Notes under the pieces: generated by a model | What the model was told of the DNA's origin: nothing | The model's input: only the letters and a program-made list of their open reading frames with translations | The model's database searches: none | Shown here: positions 1-10,214 of the stretch, one piece after another | Layout: each line of letters begins with the position of its first letter | How positions within the stretch are numbered: position 1 is the stretch's first letter | Assembly (NCBI GenBank): GCA_963666835.2 | Contig: CAXXGO010000006.1 | Span: 1,952,001-2,016,000 of the forward strand | Source of the DNA: Phycisphaerae bacterium | GTDB lineage: Bacteria > Planctomycetota > Phycisphaerae > UBA1845 | DNA: 64,000 nt | Reading direction: 5' to 3' | Position numbers and translations under genes: made by a program

Positions 1-1224
1 TTTCGCTACTTCGTAGATGTGTGCCATCAAAACGGCATAGGGGTCATTCTCGACTGGGTGCCGGCCCACTTCCCGAAGGATGATTTTGCCTTGCGAAGGT
101 TCGACGGCACGGCTCTGTACGAGCACGACGATCCGCGGCAGGGCGAGCATCCGGACTGGGGGACGCTGGTCTTCAATTACGACCGCAAGGAGGTCCGCAA
201 CTTCCTGATTGCCAACGCCCTGTTCTGGCTGCAGGAGTATCACGTTGACGGGCTCCGCATTGATGCGGTGGCCTCGATGCTTTATCTCGATTACAGCCGC
301 GAGGACGGCCAGTGGCTGCCCAACTTCTACGGCGGCAAAGAGAACATCGGAGCTCTGGAACTGCTGCGCTCGGTGAACGAGATCATCCGGATCGAGTGCC
401 CCGGTTGTATCACTATCGCCGAAGAGTCGACATCGTGGTCCGGGGTGACCCGTGCGGCGGGTGAGTCCGGGTTGGGCTTTACGTTCAAGTGGAACATGGG
501 GTGGATGCACGACACGCTGCTGTATTTCTCCAAGGAGCCGATCCACCGCCGATACCACCAGAACGATCTGACGTTCGCGATGCTCTATGAGCACACCGAG
601 CACTTCATAAATGCCATTTCGCACGACGAGGTGGTTCACGGTAAGTGTTCCTTGTTGGAGAAGATGCCGGGAGACTCGTGGCAGAAGTTCGCCAACCTGC
701 GGACGTTGCTGGCGTATCAGTATACTCGCCCGGGCAAGAAGTTGCTCTTTATGGGGACCGAGTTGGCTCCGCACAACGAGTGGTACTATGACGTAAGCCA
801 GGACTGGCATCTGGCCGAGGACCCGATGCGCGTCGGGTTGGCGAAGTTCATGGAGGATCTCGGGCGACTCTACCTTGAAACGAAGTGTCTATGGCAAAAC
901 GACTCGGACGCGGGTAGCTTTGCGTGGATTGACTGCAACGATTGCGAGAACTCGGTTGTGTCGTATCGGCGTCATTCCGGTGACGACCTGACGATTACCG
1001 TGCTGAACCTGACGCCGGTTCCGCGGGAGGGTTACCGTATCGGGGCGCCCCGCGCCGGGCGGTATACTTATTTGCTGTCTAGCGACGATCCGGCCTACGG
1101 TGGAAGTGGGTATCCTTTGCGCGTCGACCCGCAGACCGACGATTACGGCATGCACGGGTTTTCACAGTCGTTATACCTGAACCTGCCGCCGCTGGCGGCT
1201 ATCGTCCTTGCTCCGATACCATAG
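1..1224 (+). CDS. glgB: 1,4-alpha-glucan branching enzyme (5'-truncated by the window edge)
   Basis: GH13 motifs [42 protein letters not shown]. The frame is open from base 1. Confidence 0.97.
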   Translation, partial: FRYFVDVCHQNGIGVILDWVPAHFPKDDFALRRFDGTALYEHDDPRQGEHPDWGTLVFNYDRKEVRNFLIANALFWLQEYHVDGLRIDAVASMLYLDYSREDGQWLPNFYGGKENIGALELLRSVNEIIRIECPGCITIAEESTSWSGVTRAAGESGLGFTFKWNMGWMHDTLLYFSKEPIHRRYHQNDLTFAMLYEHTEHFINAISHDEVVHGKCSLLEKMPGDSWQKFANLRTLLAYQYTRPGKKLLFMGTELAPHNEWYYDVSQDWHLAEDPMRVGLAKFMEDLGRLYLETKCLWQNDSDAGSFAWIDCNDCENSVVSYRRHSGDDLTITVLNLTPVPREGYRIGAPRAGRYTYLLSSDDPAYGGSGYPLRVDPQTDDYGMHGFSQSLYLNLPPLAAIVLAPIP

Positions 1225-1225
1225 C

Positions 1226-3421
1226 ATGAACAGCCGACCGCAACTTCGCGCCTTGGCCGACCATGTGGGGATTCTGCCGGACTACTATGATATTTGCGGA
1301 GTCCGGCATTTCACGGATGATGACACTTATGTGTCATTATTGCAGACGCTATCTCTGGGCGCTTCCACGGAGGAATCCGCAGAGCGAACCCTGGCGGATC
1401 TGGAGCGCGTCGAGAGGCAGCGGCTGTTGCCACCGGTTCGGGTCTTGCGCCCGGAGTCGAAGCGGCGGCCCCGCGTTACCTTGAACGTGCCGAATCCGGG
1501 GGCGGGTTCGGCGGACTGGGAAATAGAGCTCATTGAAGAGAGCGGGGCGGTTCACCTGGTCCGAAGCCGTGGGATAGAGGACGGGGGCGTTATCGATGTT
1601 GAGCTGCCGGGTACCTTGCCGATCGGCTACCACACGCTTCGCGCGACGGTGGACCTGGCTACCGGCCCGGTCGAGGGTGAGCAGTCGTTCATTGTGACCC
1701 CCGCGAGTTGTACGTCGTACCGCGCCCACACCAACGGCCGGCGGGCGTACGGAGTGTGGACCAACGCTTATACGCTGCGCAGCGAGCGGAACTGGGGGGT
1801 CGGCGATCTGACGGACATTGCCGAGCTGGCGCGCGGGCTTGCCCGTTGCGGGGCTTTGTTCGTGGGCTTGAATCCGTTGCACGCCCTGCGCAATCGCGGT
1901 GACGAGGTCGGGCCCTATTGTCCGATTAGTCGGCTGTTTCGGAACTTCATCTACGTCGACGTCGAGGCGGTTCCGGAGTTGGCGGAATGCCCCGAAGCGC
2001 AAGCCAAGTGTTCGTCACCTGACTTTCGAGCGGAGCTGGCTCGGGCGCATTCGTCCGCGCGGGTCGAGTACGAACATGTTGCCACGATCAAGCGCGATGT
2101 GCTTCGGCTGCTGCACCGGTGGTTTGTCGAGCATCATGTCAACAGCGCGTCGCCGCGCGGGCAGGCGTTTGCCGAATACCAGGTTGCTCAGGGCAAACCG
2201 CTGGTCAACTTCGCCACGTTTCTGGCGATCGAGGACCGTTTCCTTGCCGACGGGCGCGGAGGATCGGGTTGGCGGGACTGGCCCGGGGAGTACCACGATC
2301 CGGACTCGCCCGCAGTGCAGGAATTCCGCAACGCTCATCGTGACGAGATCGAGTTTCACCAGTACGTGCAGTTCGAGCTGGATCGACAGCTCGCCGCTGC
2401 CGGCGACGGGGCACGTCAAGCCGGAATGTCCTTGGGGCTGTATCAGGATCTCGCCATCGGTGCGGCCGACAATGGCAGTGACGCGTGGTCCTTCCCGGGC
2501 TTGTTCGTAGAGGGTATCGAAGTGGGGGCTCCGCCCGATCCCTACAGCGATACGGGGCAAACGTGGGGGTTCCCGCCGGTGAATCCGCACCGACTGCGGG
2601 ACGGGGCGTACGATTACTGGATTCGCCTTCTGCGCAGTGCCACGGCCCACACGAAGATGCTGCGCATCGACCACGTCATGGGGCTCTTTCGGCAGTTCTG
2701 GGTACCGCGCGGTACGACGGCGGCGGACGGAGCGTACGTCAAGTTCCCCGCCGACGATCTGCTGGGTATTCTAGCTTTAGAAAGCCGGCGGAACGGCACC
2801 GTAGTGGTCGGAGAGGACCTCGGTACGGTCCCGCCGGAGGTTCCGCCCAAGCTCAAGGAGTATCATATCCTCTCGACGCGGGTGATGTACTTCGAACGCG
2901 ACCACGCAAACGAATACAGATCTTCGGATTCGTACTCGCCGCGAGCACTCGTGACGGCCACGAACCACGACCACCCGCCGCTGGCCGGGTTCCAGGCGGG
3001 GCGCGACCTTGACATCCGCCGCGAGATTGGCCTGATCGCGTCTGACGAAGAGCTGGAGAATGCCCGTGCGGAACGGGCGGAGTCCCTGGCCGCCCTCGCC
3101 CGGCGCCTGGTTCAGGAGGGCTTCCTGGCAGAGGACAAGCAGGATCGTCCGGAGCTGCTATGTGCGGCCGTGCATGCCTTCGTGGCGGCGACTCCATCAC
3201 CGCTGGTTGGCGTTTCGCTGGATGACCTGGCCGGCGAGACGGACCCGATTAACCTCCCGGGCGTGGTCCCGGCCGACTACCCGAGCTGGACGCGGCGGAT
3301 GCATCGGAACCTGGATGACGTATTGGCGGACCCGCAGGTGTGGCGGATTCTCGAAGACGTTCGCAAGCGGGTGTCCGCCAAGACGGTGCCACCGGGTCAG
3401 CACACCGGTGAAGACCGGTAG
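1226..3421 (+). CDS. malQ: 4-alpha-glucanotransferase (amylomaltase, GH77)
   Basis: Motifs WGVGDLTD, GLNPLHAL, GLYQDLAIG, GAPPD, LRIDHVMG, GEDLG, NHD. ATG 1 bp after the glgB stop. Confidence 0.96.
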   Translation: MNSRPQLRALADHVGILPDYYDICGVRHFTDDDTYVSLLQTLSLGASTEESAERTLADLERVERQRLLPPVRVLRPESKRRPRVTLNVPNPGAGSADWEIELIEESGAVHLVRSRGIEDGGVIDVELPGTLPIGYHTLRATVDLATGPVEGEQSFIVTPASCTSYRAHTNGRRAYGVWTNAYTLRSERNWGVGDLTDIAELARGLARCGALFVGLNPLHALRNRGDEVGPYCPISRLFRNFIYVDVEAVPELAECPEAQAKCSSPDFRAELARAHSSARVEYEHVATIKRDVLRLLHRWFVEHHVNSASPRGQAFAEYQVAQGKPLVNFATFLAIEDRFLADGRGGSGWRDWPGEYHDPDSPAVQEFRNAHRDEIEFHQYVQFELDRQLAAAGDGARQAGMSLGLYQDLAIGAADNGSDAWSFPGLFVEGIEVGAPPDPYSDTGQTWGFPPVNPHRLRDGAYDYWIRLLRSATAHTKMLRIDHVMGLFRQFWVPRGTTAADGAYVKFPADDLLGILALESRRNGTVVVGEDLGTVPPEVPPKLKEYHILSTRVMYFERDHANEYRSSDSYSPRALVTATNHDHPPLAGFQAGRDLDIRREIGLIASDEELENARAERAESLAALARRLVQEGFLAEDKQDRPELLCAAVHAFVAATPSPLVGVSLDDLAGETDPINLPGVVPADYPSWTRRMHRNLDDVLADPQVWRILEDVRKRVSAKTVPPGQHTGEDR

Positions 3422-3573
3422 GGTGGCCCATGGCTTTAGCCGTGGGGGACAAGAACGCGACGCCGGTTTATCGGATAGGCCAACTTGTTGGCCCGTGAGG
3501 TGTCATTATATAGTCACTTGCGTGTCGAAGTTCGAATCATCGGGTCCCCCACCTCTAAAGAGGTGGGCCACCC
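3421..3573. repeat. REPIN/MITE-like element: inverted pair of 28-bp hairpin units
   Basis: GGGTGGCCCATGGCTTTAGCCGTGGGGG (3421-3448) matches the reverse complement of 3546-3573, GGGTGGCCCACCTCTTTAGAGGTGGGGG. Confidence 0.8.
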
Positions 3574-3659
3574 CTCGGTAATGTCGCCTTGTTCTCGGAA
3601 GATGGTCGCCATCGCGGCAGGTCTCATGCCTCGACCGTGCCCTGTGGGCATGCCGTATC

Positions 3660-3961
3660 AGCCCGTCAGGGCGAAAGCTCTTCGAAGCCTGCGGCGTGAG
3701 CCACGGGAATGCGGGGGTTAGATAAGCAAAGCCCCGGTAGGGGCGGCACTCGATAAGGACGGCATTTGGTATGTCGCATACGTGTCAGCCGCAGGCGTTC
3801 GAGGAGGAGTATGCGGTGCTACTCGCGCGGCACGGGCTTGCGGACGGCGAGAGTTTCGTCAGTTTCAGTGCCGCCCCTGGCGGGGCTGGGTTGAATGGGG
3901 CGAACGAATCCCGCGGCTGACGCCGCGGGCTTCGAAGAGCTGTCGCCCCCTGGCGGGGGCT
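3660..3961. repeat. REPIN-like element: ~90-bp inverted repeats around a spacer
   Basis: 3660-3750 is the imperfect reverse complement of 3867-3961 (core CCCGCGGCGTCAGCCGCGGG). Related copies at 27.25 kb and 44.2-44.46 kb. Confidence 0.8.
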
Positions 3962-4011
3962 GGAGATGCGAAGTCGGGTGTTGGCGAAGCACCGGGTGAC
4001 GCGACGAGGTT

Positions 4012-4044
4012 GCGGCAGGTCTCGTGCCTCGACCGTGCCCTACG
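4012..4044 (-). repeat. GTAG-type REP family A (GTAGGGCACGGTCGAGGCACGAGACCTGCCGC)
   Basis: Copies at about 3614, 4012, 26789, 27157, 42570, 44650 and 50416 in both orientations. 5' GTAG followed by an imperfect hairpin. Confidence 0.85.
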
Positions 4045-4542
4045 GGTTGGGAACCCGACTGCCTGTGTGCGTTCGTGTTCGCAGGATCCGGCATCGGGGT
4101 GACATTGTCAGGGCACATTGGGTCGGTGGCGTTATCGGGGGGGCGAGAGTGGTAGGCCGATAGGTGCGAGGTGACGGGGGTACTGCACTCACTCGGAGGT
4201 GCCGATACGGTGGCGTTCTTTTCCTACGGATGTCGATAATGGTCGCCCGGGAAGGGCGAAAACGCGGTTTATTGGGTAATATGCCCGATTTCTCGGGGTT
4301 TATCCTCGCGATACGCGGGTGACTGGACGATAGAAGAAGCAGCGGACCGATGTGCCGAACTCCCGTGCGGTGGTCCCGAGGGTAACCTCAGCTTGGATAG
4401 CCGCACGTTCTTGATAGTCGTGCAATACGACGCTCTTTTGGGAGGTAGGTGCGATGCATATTTGGTTTTCCAAGTTCTTCGACTTTCTCGAAGGTCTCGT
4501 GCCCCTGATCAAAATCGGCATGGAAGGATAGGAGAAGCGACG

Positions 4543-4659
4543 ATGGCGGTTTCTCCATTGTCAGCGGCGGAGGATCGGGCTATTCGATGGGTGGTGCGGC
4601 TCATCCCGGCCGTATCCGTCACGATCATCCTGCTCCTCGGGGCGGCTACGATCGCCTAG
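4543..4659 (+). CDS. Candidate 38-aa single-pass membrane peptide
   Basis: AGGAG RBS upstream of the ATG. MAVSPLSAAEDRAIRWVVRLIPAVSVTIILLLGAATIA has one hydrophobic helix. Confidence 0.4.
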   Translation: MAVSPLSAAEDRAIRWVVRLIPAVSVTIILLLGAATIA

Positions 4660-7138
4660 GTGCGACGGTAACCGTTCGATCCTCCGCAAGGGTGAAGTCT
4701 TCGAGGCAGCGCCTGCTGCGGTCCAGGTTATAGTGGCGGGTGCGGGCGAACTCGACGGCGAAGGCTCCCTCCATAGAAGCCAACACACTGAAGATGGCCA
4801 TGCCGGCGTGAACGCTCGCGAAGTCCTTGGCCAATACCATAATGGCCAACCCCGCGCCGGACAGAACAGCCAGCAGCACCATTACTGCACGACGATTCTT
4901 GGTCGAACCTAGAATCGGGTGAGTGACCAACCGGATCGGCAGCCAGCATCCGAAAGCCGCCAGCAGGACGATTGCCAGGAAAGTCCCGGTGGCCAACGGG
5001 GACACGGAGCCCATCGAGGCACGCCCCAACAGGTTGGCGATGGCATCGGCGAGCAGATAGCAGCCGGGCACATCGTCGATGATGGTCGTGCCGTATTTTA
5101 CGCGATGCCGGTCGACAATGAAGCTGGTACGAGTCGTCCGGAAGTCTCCGACCACAATAAGCTTGTCTGCCGTGAGCCGCCGCAGTTCCTCTTTGCTGCA
5201 TGTTAGAACAGTGTGGTAGGGTATCGTTCGGCGTTGCCATTCCGACGGCTTTTCCAGCAGGAAGGCACTGCTGGCGAGTTCATTCTCCGGGGCGTGGGCA
5301 GCTTTGGCTCTCGGGTGGAATCGTTTGGTCAACTTCACTCGATCGCGTTGCCGCGCGAAGGCGCCCGGTTGAAGTTCGTACAGTACGTCGATCCACATGT
5401 CGTCTTCGGACTCGGGCCAGTCGACGTCCAGACGGGCTTGGGGATATTGCACGGCGGCGAATGTGACGAGGGCGACACTGGGTGTGATTTCGCCGGAAAC
5501 CCGTTTTGCGGCGATGATGAACTCGCCGGGTCGCTTGACCATGTCACGCGCATCGATGGTCCCGTGGCGTAGGCGCGGACCCAACGCTTCCACAATGGCG
5601 GGACTGAGTTTCGGTTTGTTCTGCTCGTCATAGTCATACGCCGCTACGATTACGGGAACGCCTGCGTCTTCCAGAGCGACAATCCCGGCGGCAAGTCCTG
5701 CGTCGGCCGGTCGCGGACTGGCGAAATAGTAATCCCATACCACCGCCTGCGGACGCGTTTCGACCAGACGCTTGAGCAGGTGCCCGTGGACGGCTCGCCA
5801 GGTGGGTACGTGCGCCGTTACCCCGTCCAGTCCATGTTCTTCGGCGAAGCGCAGCACGGATTCGATTGTCTCGTCGAATACTCCTACGATTAGCATCTTG
5901 TCGCGCGCTCGGGCGGTATCGACGATTGATGGCGCGGCTCCGTGGTGATTCCAGAGGTTGCCGCTGCTGCGGTACCAGCCGGCGCTGAATACATGGGCAG
6001 TTGTCCACAGAATGATTATGACCGCGGCGATTATCGATGCCGAGAACACCCATCGTGAGCGCATTGCCGCTCCCACCGCGACGCGTTTTACGTGATGCCA
6101 TACGCCAAGCGGTCGGGTCTTGATCCGTCCGCCGTTACAATATCGCTCGAGGTCGTCGGCGAGTTCGGCCGCGGACTGGATCCGGCGGTCGGGTTCCCAG
6201 GCGAGGGTCCGCTCCAGGAGCACTTCGAGGTCTCTTCCGCGGGGGACGTTCCCGAGGCGGGGGCGGTTCGGTAGCTCTCGGCGGATGCGGTCGAGCAGTG
6301 CTTCGTGGGCCAGTTTGTCGCCCGTAGGCTCCTGAGAATACGGGTAGCCGCCGTCGGTAACGATCTCGTGGAGCATGATCCCCAAAGCCCACGTATCGCT
6401 GCGATGATCGGCGGGACTGGCCACGCCGCCGCCCCAGGCTTGTTCGGGGGACATGTACTTCAGTGTCCCAATCACGTCACCGGTGTTGGTCAGAGTGTGC
6501 GGATCGCAACTGCTCCATTCCGTAGGGGCGACCGAGCAGATTCCGAAGTCGAGGATGTGCGGTTCGCCGTTACGATCGATCAGGATATTGCGTGGTTTAA
6601 GATCGCGGTGGGCTACGCCCTCGGCGTGGGCGTCGGCTACCGCCCGGCACACCCGCTGGAACACGGACAGCCTCTCGGTCAGACCGGGAGGACGCGACGC
6701 TAAGTACGTGTCGAGATGCTCTCCTTGGATCAACTCCATGGTGTAGTACGGCATGTCGCCGGCCGTGCCGGACTCCAGGCACTTTACGATTCGAGGGGAG
6801 TTGATTCTCTTCAGGACGGCGATCTCGCGCTCGAACCGACTTTTCTCCATGTCCGTGGCACAATACAGTACCTTGAGCGCCAACACTCGAGGAGAATCGG
6901 TCAGCTCCCAGACCTTATAGACTACGCCGAAACGTCCGCGACCGATTTCCTTGACCGCATGGCAATTGGGGATCCCGTGGACCAGGGACGGTCCGGCAAA
7001 CTCGAAGTAACGATCCCGGCAGGTCCGACAGCCGGTGAGATGATTGTCCAGCCGAGTGCCTTCCTCGTCGCTCAAGCCGTGGCGGGCGTGATCTTCAAGG
7101 GTCGCCGGATCCGGACAGCCGCGGTCAGTCTCTGTCAT
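4646..7138 (-). CDS. Ser/Thr protein kinase with N-terminal zf-HC2-like motif and C-terminal CHASE2 sensor domain
   Basis: HLTGCRTC; kinase motifs GRGRFG, ALK, HRDLKPRN, DFG, YMSPE; one TM; CHASE2-like PTWRAVHGHLL..VVWDYYF, DKLIVVG, PGCYLLADAIANLL; three C-terminal TMs. Confidence 0.88.
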   Translation of the reverse strand: MTETDRGCPDPATLEDHARHGLSDEEGTRLDNHLTGCRTCRDRYFEFAGPSLVHGIPNCHAVKEIGRGRFGVVYKVWELTDSPRVLALKVLYCATDMEKSRFEREIAVLKRINSPRIVKCLESGTAGDMPYYTMELIQGEHLDTYLASRPPGLTERLSVFQRVCRAVADAHAEGVAHRDLKPRNILIDRNGEPHILDFGICSVAPTEWSSCDPHTLTNTGDVIGTLKYMSPEQAWGGGVASPADHRSDTWALGIMLHEIVTDGGYPYSQEPTGDKLAHEALLDRIRRELPNRPRLGNVPRGRDLEVLLERTLAWEPDRRIQSAAELADDLERYCNGGRIKTRPLGVWHHVKRVAVGAAMRSRWVFSASIIAAVIIILWTTAHVFSAGWYRSSGNLWNHHGAAPSIVDTARARDKMLIVGVFDETIESVLRFAEEHGLDGVTAHVPTWRAVHGHLLKRLVETRPQAVVWDYYFASPRPADAGLAAGIVALEDAGVPVIVAAYDYDEQNKPKLSPAIVEALGPRLRHGTIDARDMVKRPGEFIIAAKRVSGEITPSVALVTFAAVQYPQARLDVDWPESEDDMWIDVLYELQPGAFARQRDRVKLTKRFHPRAKAAHAPENELASSAFLLEKPSEWQRRTIPYHTVLTCSKEELRRLTADKLIVVGDFRTTRTSFIVDRHRVKYGTTIIDDVPGCYLLADAIANLLGRASMGSVSPLATGTFLAIVLLAAFGCWLPIRLVTHPILGSTKNRRAVMVLLAVLSGAGLAIMVLAKDFASVHAGMAIFSVLASMEGAFAVEFARTRHYNLDRSRRCLEDFTLAEDRTVTVAPRRS

Positions 7139-7425
7139 GACGTTTTCGCCGTTTGTCCCCTTGGTCCGCGTGGCGTCGTGCAGGTTCCCGCCTGATATCC
7201 GGCATCAATCCGGAGTTATCAGTATCGGAATCGTCTGTTGCCGGCGCTCAACCCAATCGGTGGACTAAGGCCAATGCCCCATGGGGATGCCGCTATGCCG
7301 GCCCAACGACGCGCCGGTCGGTGTCCAGTGAGCCGCGGTATGTCGATCGAGGCTGAAGGTTGTGGGCTGAAGCGAGGTACGTACTCCTGAGGTTAGCGAC
7401 ATACTCCGTCGTACGGTTTTGCGCA

Positions 7426-8562
7426 TTACTCGGCGGAGGAACCGCCGGCGTTGATTACGCAGGCCGGAGACGAGCAGACTCCGAGATAGTCCACGGATTG
7501 GCCTGCCATGTGGGCGAAACAGGCGTTGGCATACGTTTGGCCGTCGCATCCGCACGCGGGGTCGTAGATCTCCGCACAGTCCTGCGGACGAGGTTGGCAA
7601 TGCCCGGTCTCGGCAGCGCAGACGTGAAACAGGCAGAAGGACGCCGAATCGCAGTCATCGTTGGACCAACAGGCGGGCGGGCGGCATTCACCCGCGTAGT
7701 CGACGCTTACACCCCCTGCGGCCGCAACGCACTCATTTGCGTAGGTCTCACCGTCGCACCCGCAAACCGGATCCCACAGCGTCGGGCATACTGTCGGACG
7801 GGCTCGGCATTTGCCTTGCCCCTGGCAGTCACCGTTGGCTTTTTTGCAGAACTCCTCCACAGGGCATTCATCGTTCTCGTCGCAGGCCCCCATGCATGCA
7901 CCATCGTAGTCCACGGTTTGACCCGCCATCGCGGCGAAGCAGGCATTAACGTACGTCCGGCCGTTGCATCCGCACACGGGATCCAGTACCTCGGGACAGG
8001 CGTCCGGACGCGGCAGACACACCCCGGTCTCGGCAGCGCAGCCCCGGAACAGGCAGTAGTCATCCTCGGGGCAATCTGAGTTTGACCAACAACGGAGCGT
8101 GTGGCACTCGCCGGCGTAGGCGACGCTGACCCCCACCATCGCCGCGTCGCAATCGTTGCTGTGGGTCTGACCGTCGCACCCGCACACGGGATCCCATACG
8201 TCCGGGCAGCCAAGGGGACGCGGGTTGCACAAGCCCTCCTCGGTGCACTGACCGTCGATCTTCGTACAGTATTCACTGCGGTCGCAGTCGGTGTTCTCCA
8301 TGCATGGAACGCAGAACGTTAGTGGTCCGGTCATGCTGGCTTGGAGCAACGCGAAGTCCTCCAGGTCGACGTCGCAATCGCCGTCCGCATCGCTAAGAGG
8401 CCTGCCGTTGCTATCAACCGGTACGCCGGCAGGCGTATCGCAGCACACGTCCAACCAGTCGGCGACGCCGTCACAGTCAGAGTCGTAAACGGCCGCGTGT
8501 GCATCCGCTGCTGTCCACGCCAGAGTGAGTGTACTAAACGCTAGTAGTACTTGCTTGAACAT
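7426..8562 (-). CDS. Secreted protein with four Kazal-type domains and an N-terminal Ca-binding/dockerin-like motif
   Basis: Signal peptide (AHA); DSDCDGVAD and DADGDCDVDLEDFA; four CxxxxDPxCGCxGxTxxNxC units; GAGG RBS. Confidence 0.88.
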   Translation of the reverse strand: MFKQVLLAFSTLTLAWTAADAHAAVYDSDCDGVADWLDVCCDTPAGVPVDSNGRPLSDADGDCDVDLEDFALLQASMTGPLTFCVPCMENTDCDRSEYCTKIDGQCTEEGLCNPRPLGCPDVWDPVCGCDGQTHSNDCDAAMVGVSVAYAGECHTLRCWSNSDCPEDDYCLFRGCAAETGVCLPRPDACPEVLDPVCGCNGRTYVNACFAAMAGQTVDYDGACMGACDENDECPVEEFCKKANGDCQGQGKCRARPTVCPTLWDPVCGCDGETYANECVAAAGGVSVDYAGECRPPACWSNDDCDSASFCLFHVCAAETGHCQPRPQDCAEIYDPACGCDGQTYANACFAHMAGQSVDYLGVCSSPACVINAGGSSAE

Positions 8563-9021
8563 CGAGATGCCTCCTCTCGATCAGATGCGTGTTTCGTGAA
8601 CCGGGCTGCCCCAACGCCCCCTGGACCACGCCGCATTGTACCAGACTCCAGTTGTCCATCGAAACAGGAATCTACTGTGAAGTAGGAATATGTTGAGTGG
8701 GGGTGTTGCGGTGTGCGTAATGGGTTCACATCTGCTGCCAATGCAGCTCCGGTGGTGGTTTCCGCTACGCTACTATAGCCGACGTGCTGCAAGGCTTTGG
8801 GGCGGCGACGGCCGGCCTCCTCGCGGTATCGTTGGCGGCGGTGCCGGGATCAAATCGACGGAGTTAATGGGCGATGGTATCCTGCACCGCAGGGACGTGG
8901 TCTGAACGTCGTTCAACACATAAACACCCCCCGGTTGCGAAGTGCGGCCGGGGGCGATTCTTATGCCGTCCGCCTTTGGAGGCTGGGGGGCCGGAGCATT
9001 CTTGGAATTGGAGATTACGAA

Positions 9022-9963
9022 ATGCGTTGCAGGATACTGATCGGCCTTATGGTGGCGGGAGTTGTCGCGGTTACCGCGCCGGCGATGGCCGGCTCTGCTG
9101 AAGACGCGGCAAAGGCGTTTGCGGAAGGGAAGGAGCTGCTGGCGAAGGGCGATTTCGCCGGGGCTTCTCAGGCGTTCAAGCGGGCTACCAAGGACGATCC
9201 GGAGAACGTGGAGTACCGGCAGAGCTTCGCGATGCTCCGGCAGGTTGTGCGTTTGCGCGAGCAATTGGAGACCGAGGCGGATTCGTCGCGGTGGACGGCC
9301 ATGGCCACGGCGCTCCGCAGCTTCTATCACGCCCAGGGGATTCATACGGAATCGTTGGTGCTGAATCGCAAGATGCACGAGCGGGCTCCTTCGGCCGAGA
9401 CAGCCTCCGCACTGGCCGAGAACCTGCTCACATTGGACATGGATTCTGAGGCGCTGGCGATTCTGCAGGGCGTCAAGACAGACCAAGTGACGGACCGGGT
9501 CAATGTGCTTCTGGCGATTGCGACAGCGCGGCAGGGCAAGGTCGACGAAGCGAAGCTGATCGTTCGGAAGGTATCGCCGGCGGACGATGCGGATCCGCAG
9601 TTGCTTAGTGAGTTCGCCCGCGCCCAGGCTTTGACCGGAAACAAGTCTGAGGCTTTGAAGGCCTTAGGTCGTTCGTTTGAGCAGACGCCTCCCGGCAGAC
9701 TCGCCGATGCCAAGGCTGAAGCCAAGGCCTCTAAGGACTTCCGTTCAATCGCAAATGATCCCAGCTTCGCTCGGGTGCTCGAGATAGACTCGAAGATCGC
9801 GGAGTCCAGTTGTAGCAAGGGCGCCAGTTGCGGCAGTTGCCCGAAACGGAAGAAGGCCGGCGGCTGTGGCGGATGCTCCAAGGCGAAGCAGGCCGAAGAC
9901 AGCAGCGCGGGGACCTGCCCCCACGCCAAGAAGAAGTCGTGCCCCCATGCCAGCGATGATTAG
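9022..9963 (+). CDS. Secreted TPR-like protein with a Cys-rich C-terminal tail
   Basis: GGAG RBS; signal peptide (AMA); TPR-like helices; tail with 7 Cys and 2 His. Confidence 0.75.
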   Translation: MRCRILIGLMVAGVVAVTAPAMAGSAEDAAKAFAEGKELLAKGDFAGASQAFKRATKDDPENVEYRQSFAMLRQVVRLREQLETEADSSRWTAMATALRSFYHAQGIHTESLVLNRKMHERAPSAETASALAENLLTLDMDSEALAILQGVKTDQVTDRVNVLLAIATARQGKVDEAKLIVRKVSPADDADPQLLSEFARAQALTGNKSEALKALGRSFEQTPPGRLADAKAEAKASKDFRSIANDPSFARVLEIDSKIAESSCSKGASCGSCPKRKKAGGCGGCSKAKQAEDSSAGTCPHAKKKSCPHASDD

Positions 9964-9986
9964 GGTCAGGTTGGACGCGTACGCGG

Positions 9987-10177
9987 GCAGGCTGGAAGCC
10001 TGCGCTTCGTGAGTTGGTAGGGGCCGCTGTGCGGACCACGTTTGTGGCGAGATGTTCAAACACAAACGATTCGCACAGCGGCCCCAACCTGCTTACGCTA
10101 CGTGCGGGGCAGGCTGGAAGCCTGCGTCACGGGCGGCAAGATGCTCAGACAATAATGGTCCGTACAGCGGACCCTGC
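9987..10177. repeat. REP cluster (families GCAGGCTGGAAGCCTGC and GTAGGGTCCGCTGTGCGGACC)
   Basis: Palindrome GCAGGCTGGAAGCCTGC at 9987 and 10109 (variant at 43829). GGTCCGCTGTGCGGACC-like units at about 10017, 10070 and 10157 (also 42505). Confidence 0.78.
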
Positions 10178-10214
10178 CTGCTTTCTAATACCTCACAAGC
10201 ATTGAACGAATAGC

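Noticed and set aside
3614..4044. Repeats of about 30 bp considered as a CRISPR array
   Set aside because: Copies are dispersed, in both orientations, irregularly spaced, and there are no cas genes. They fit REP elements.
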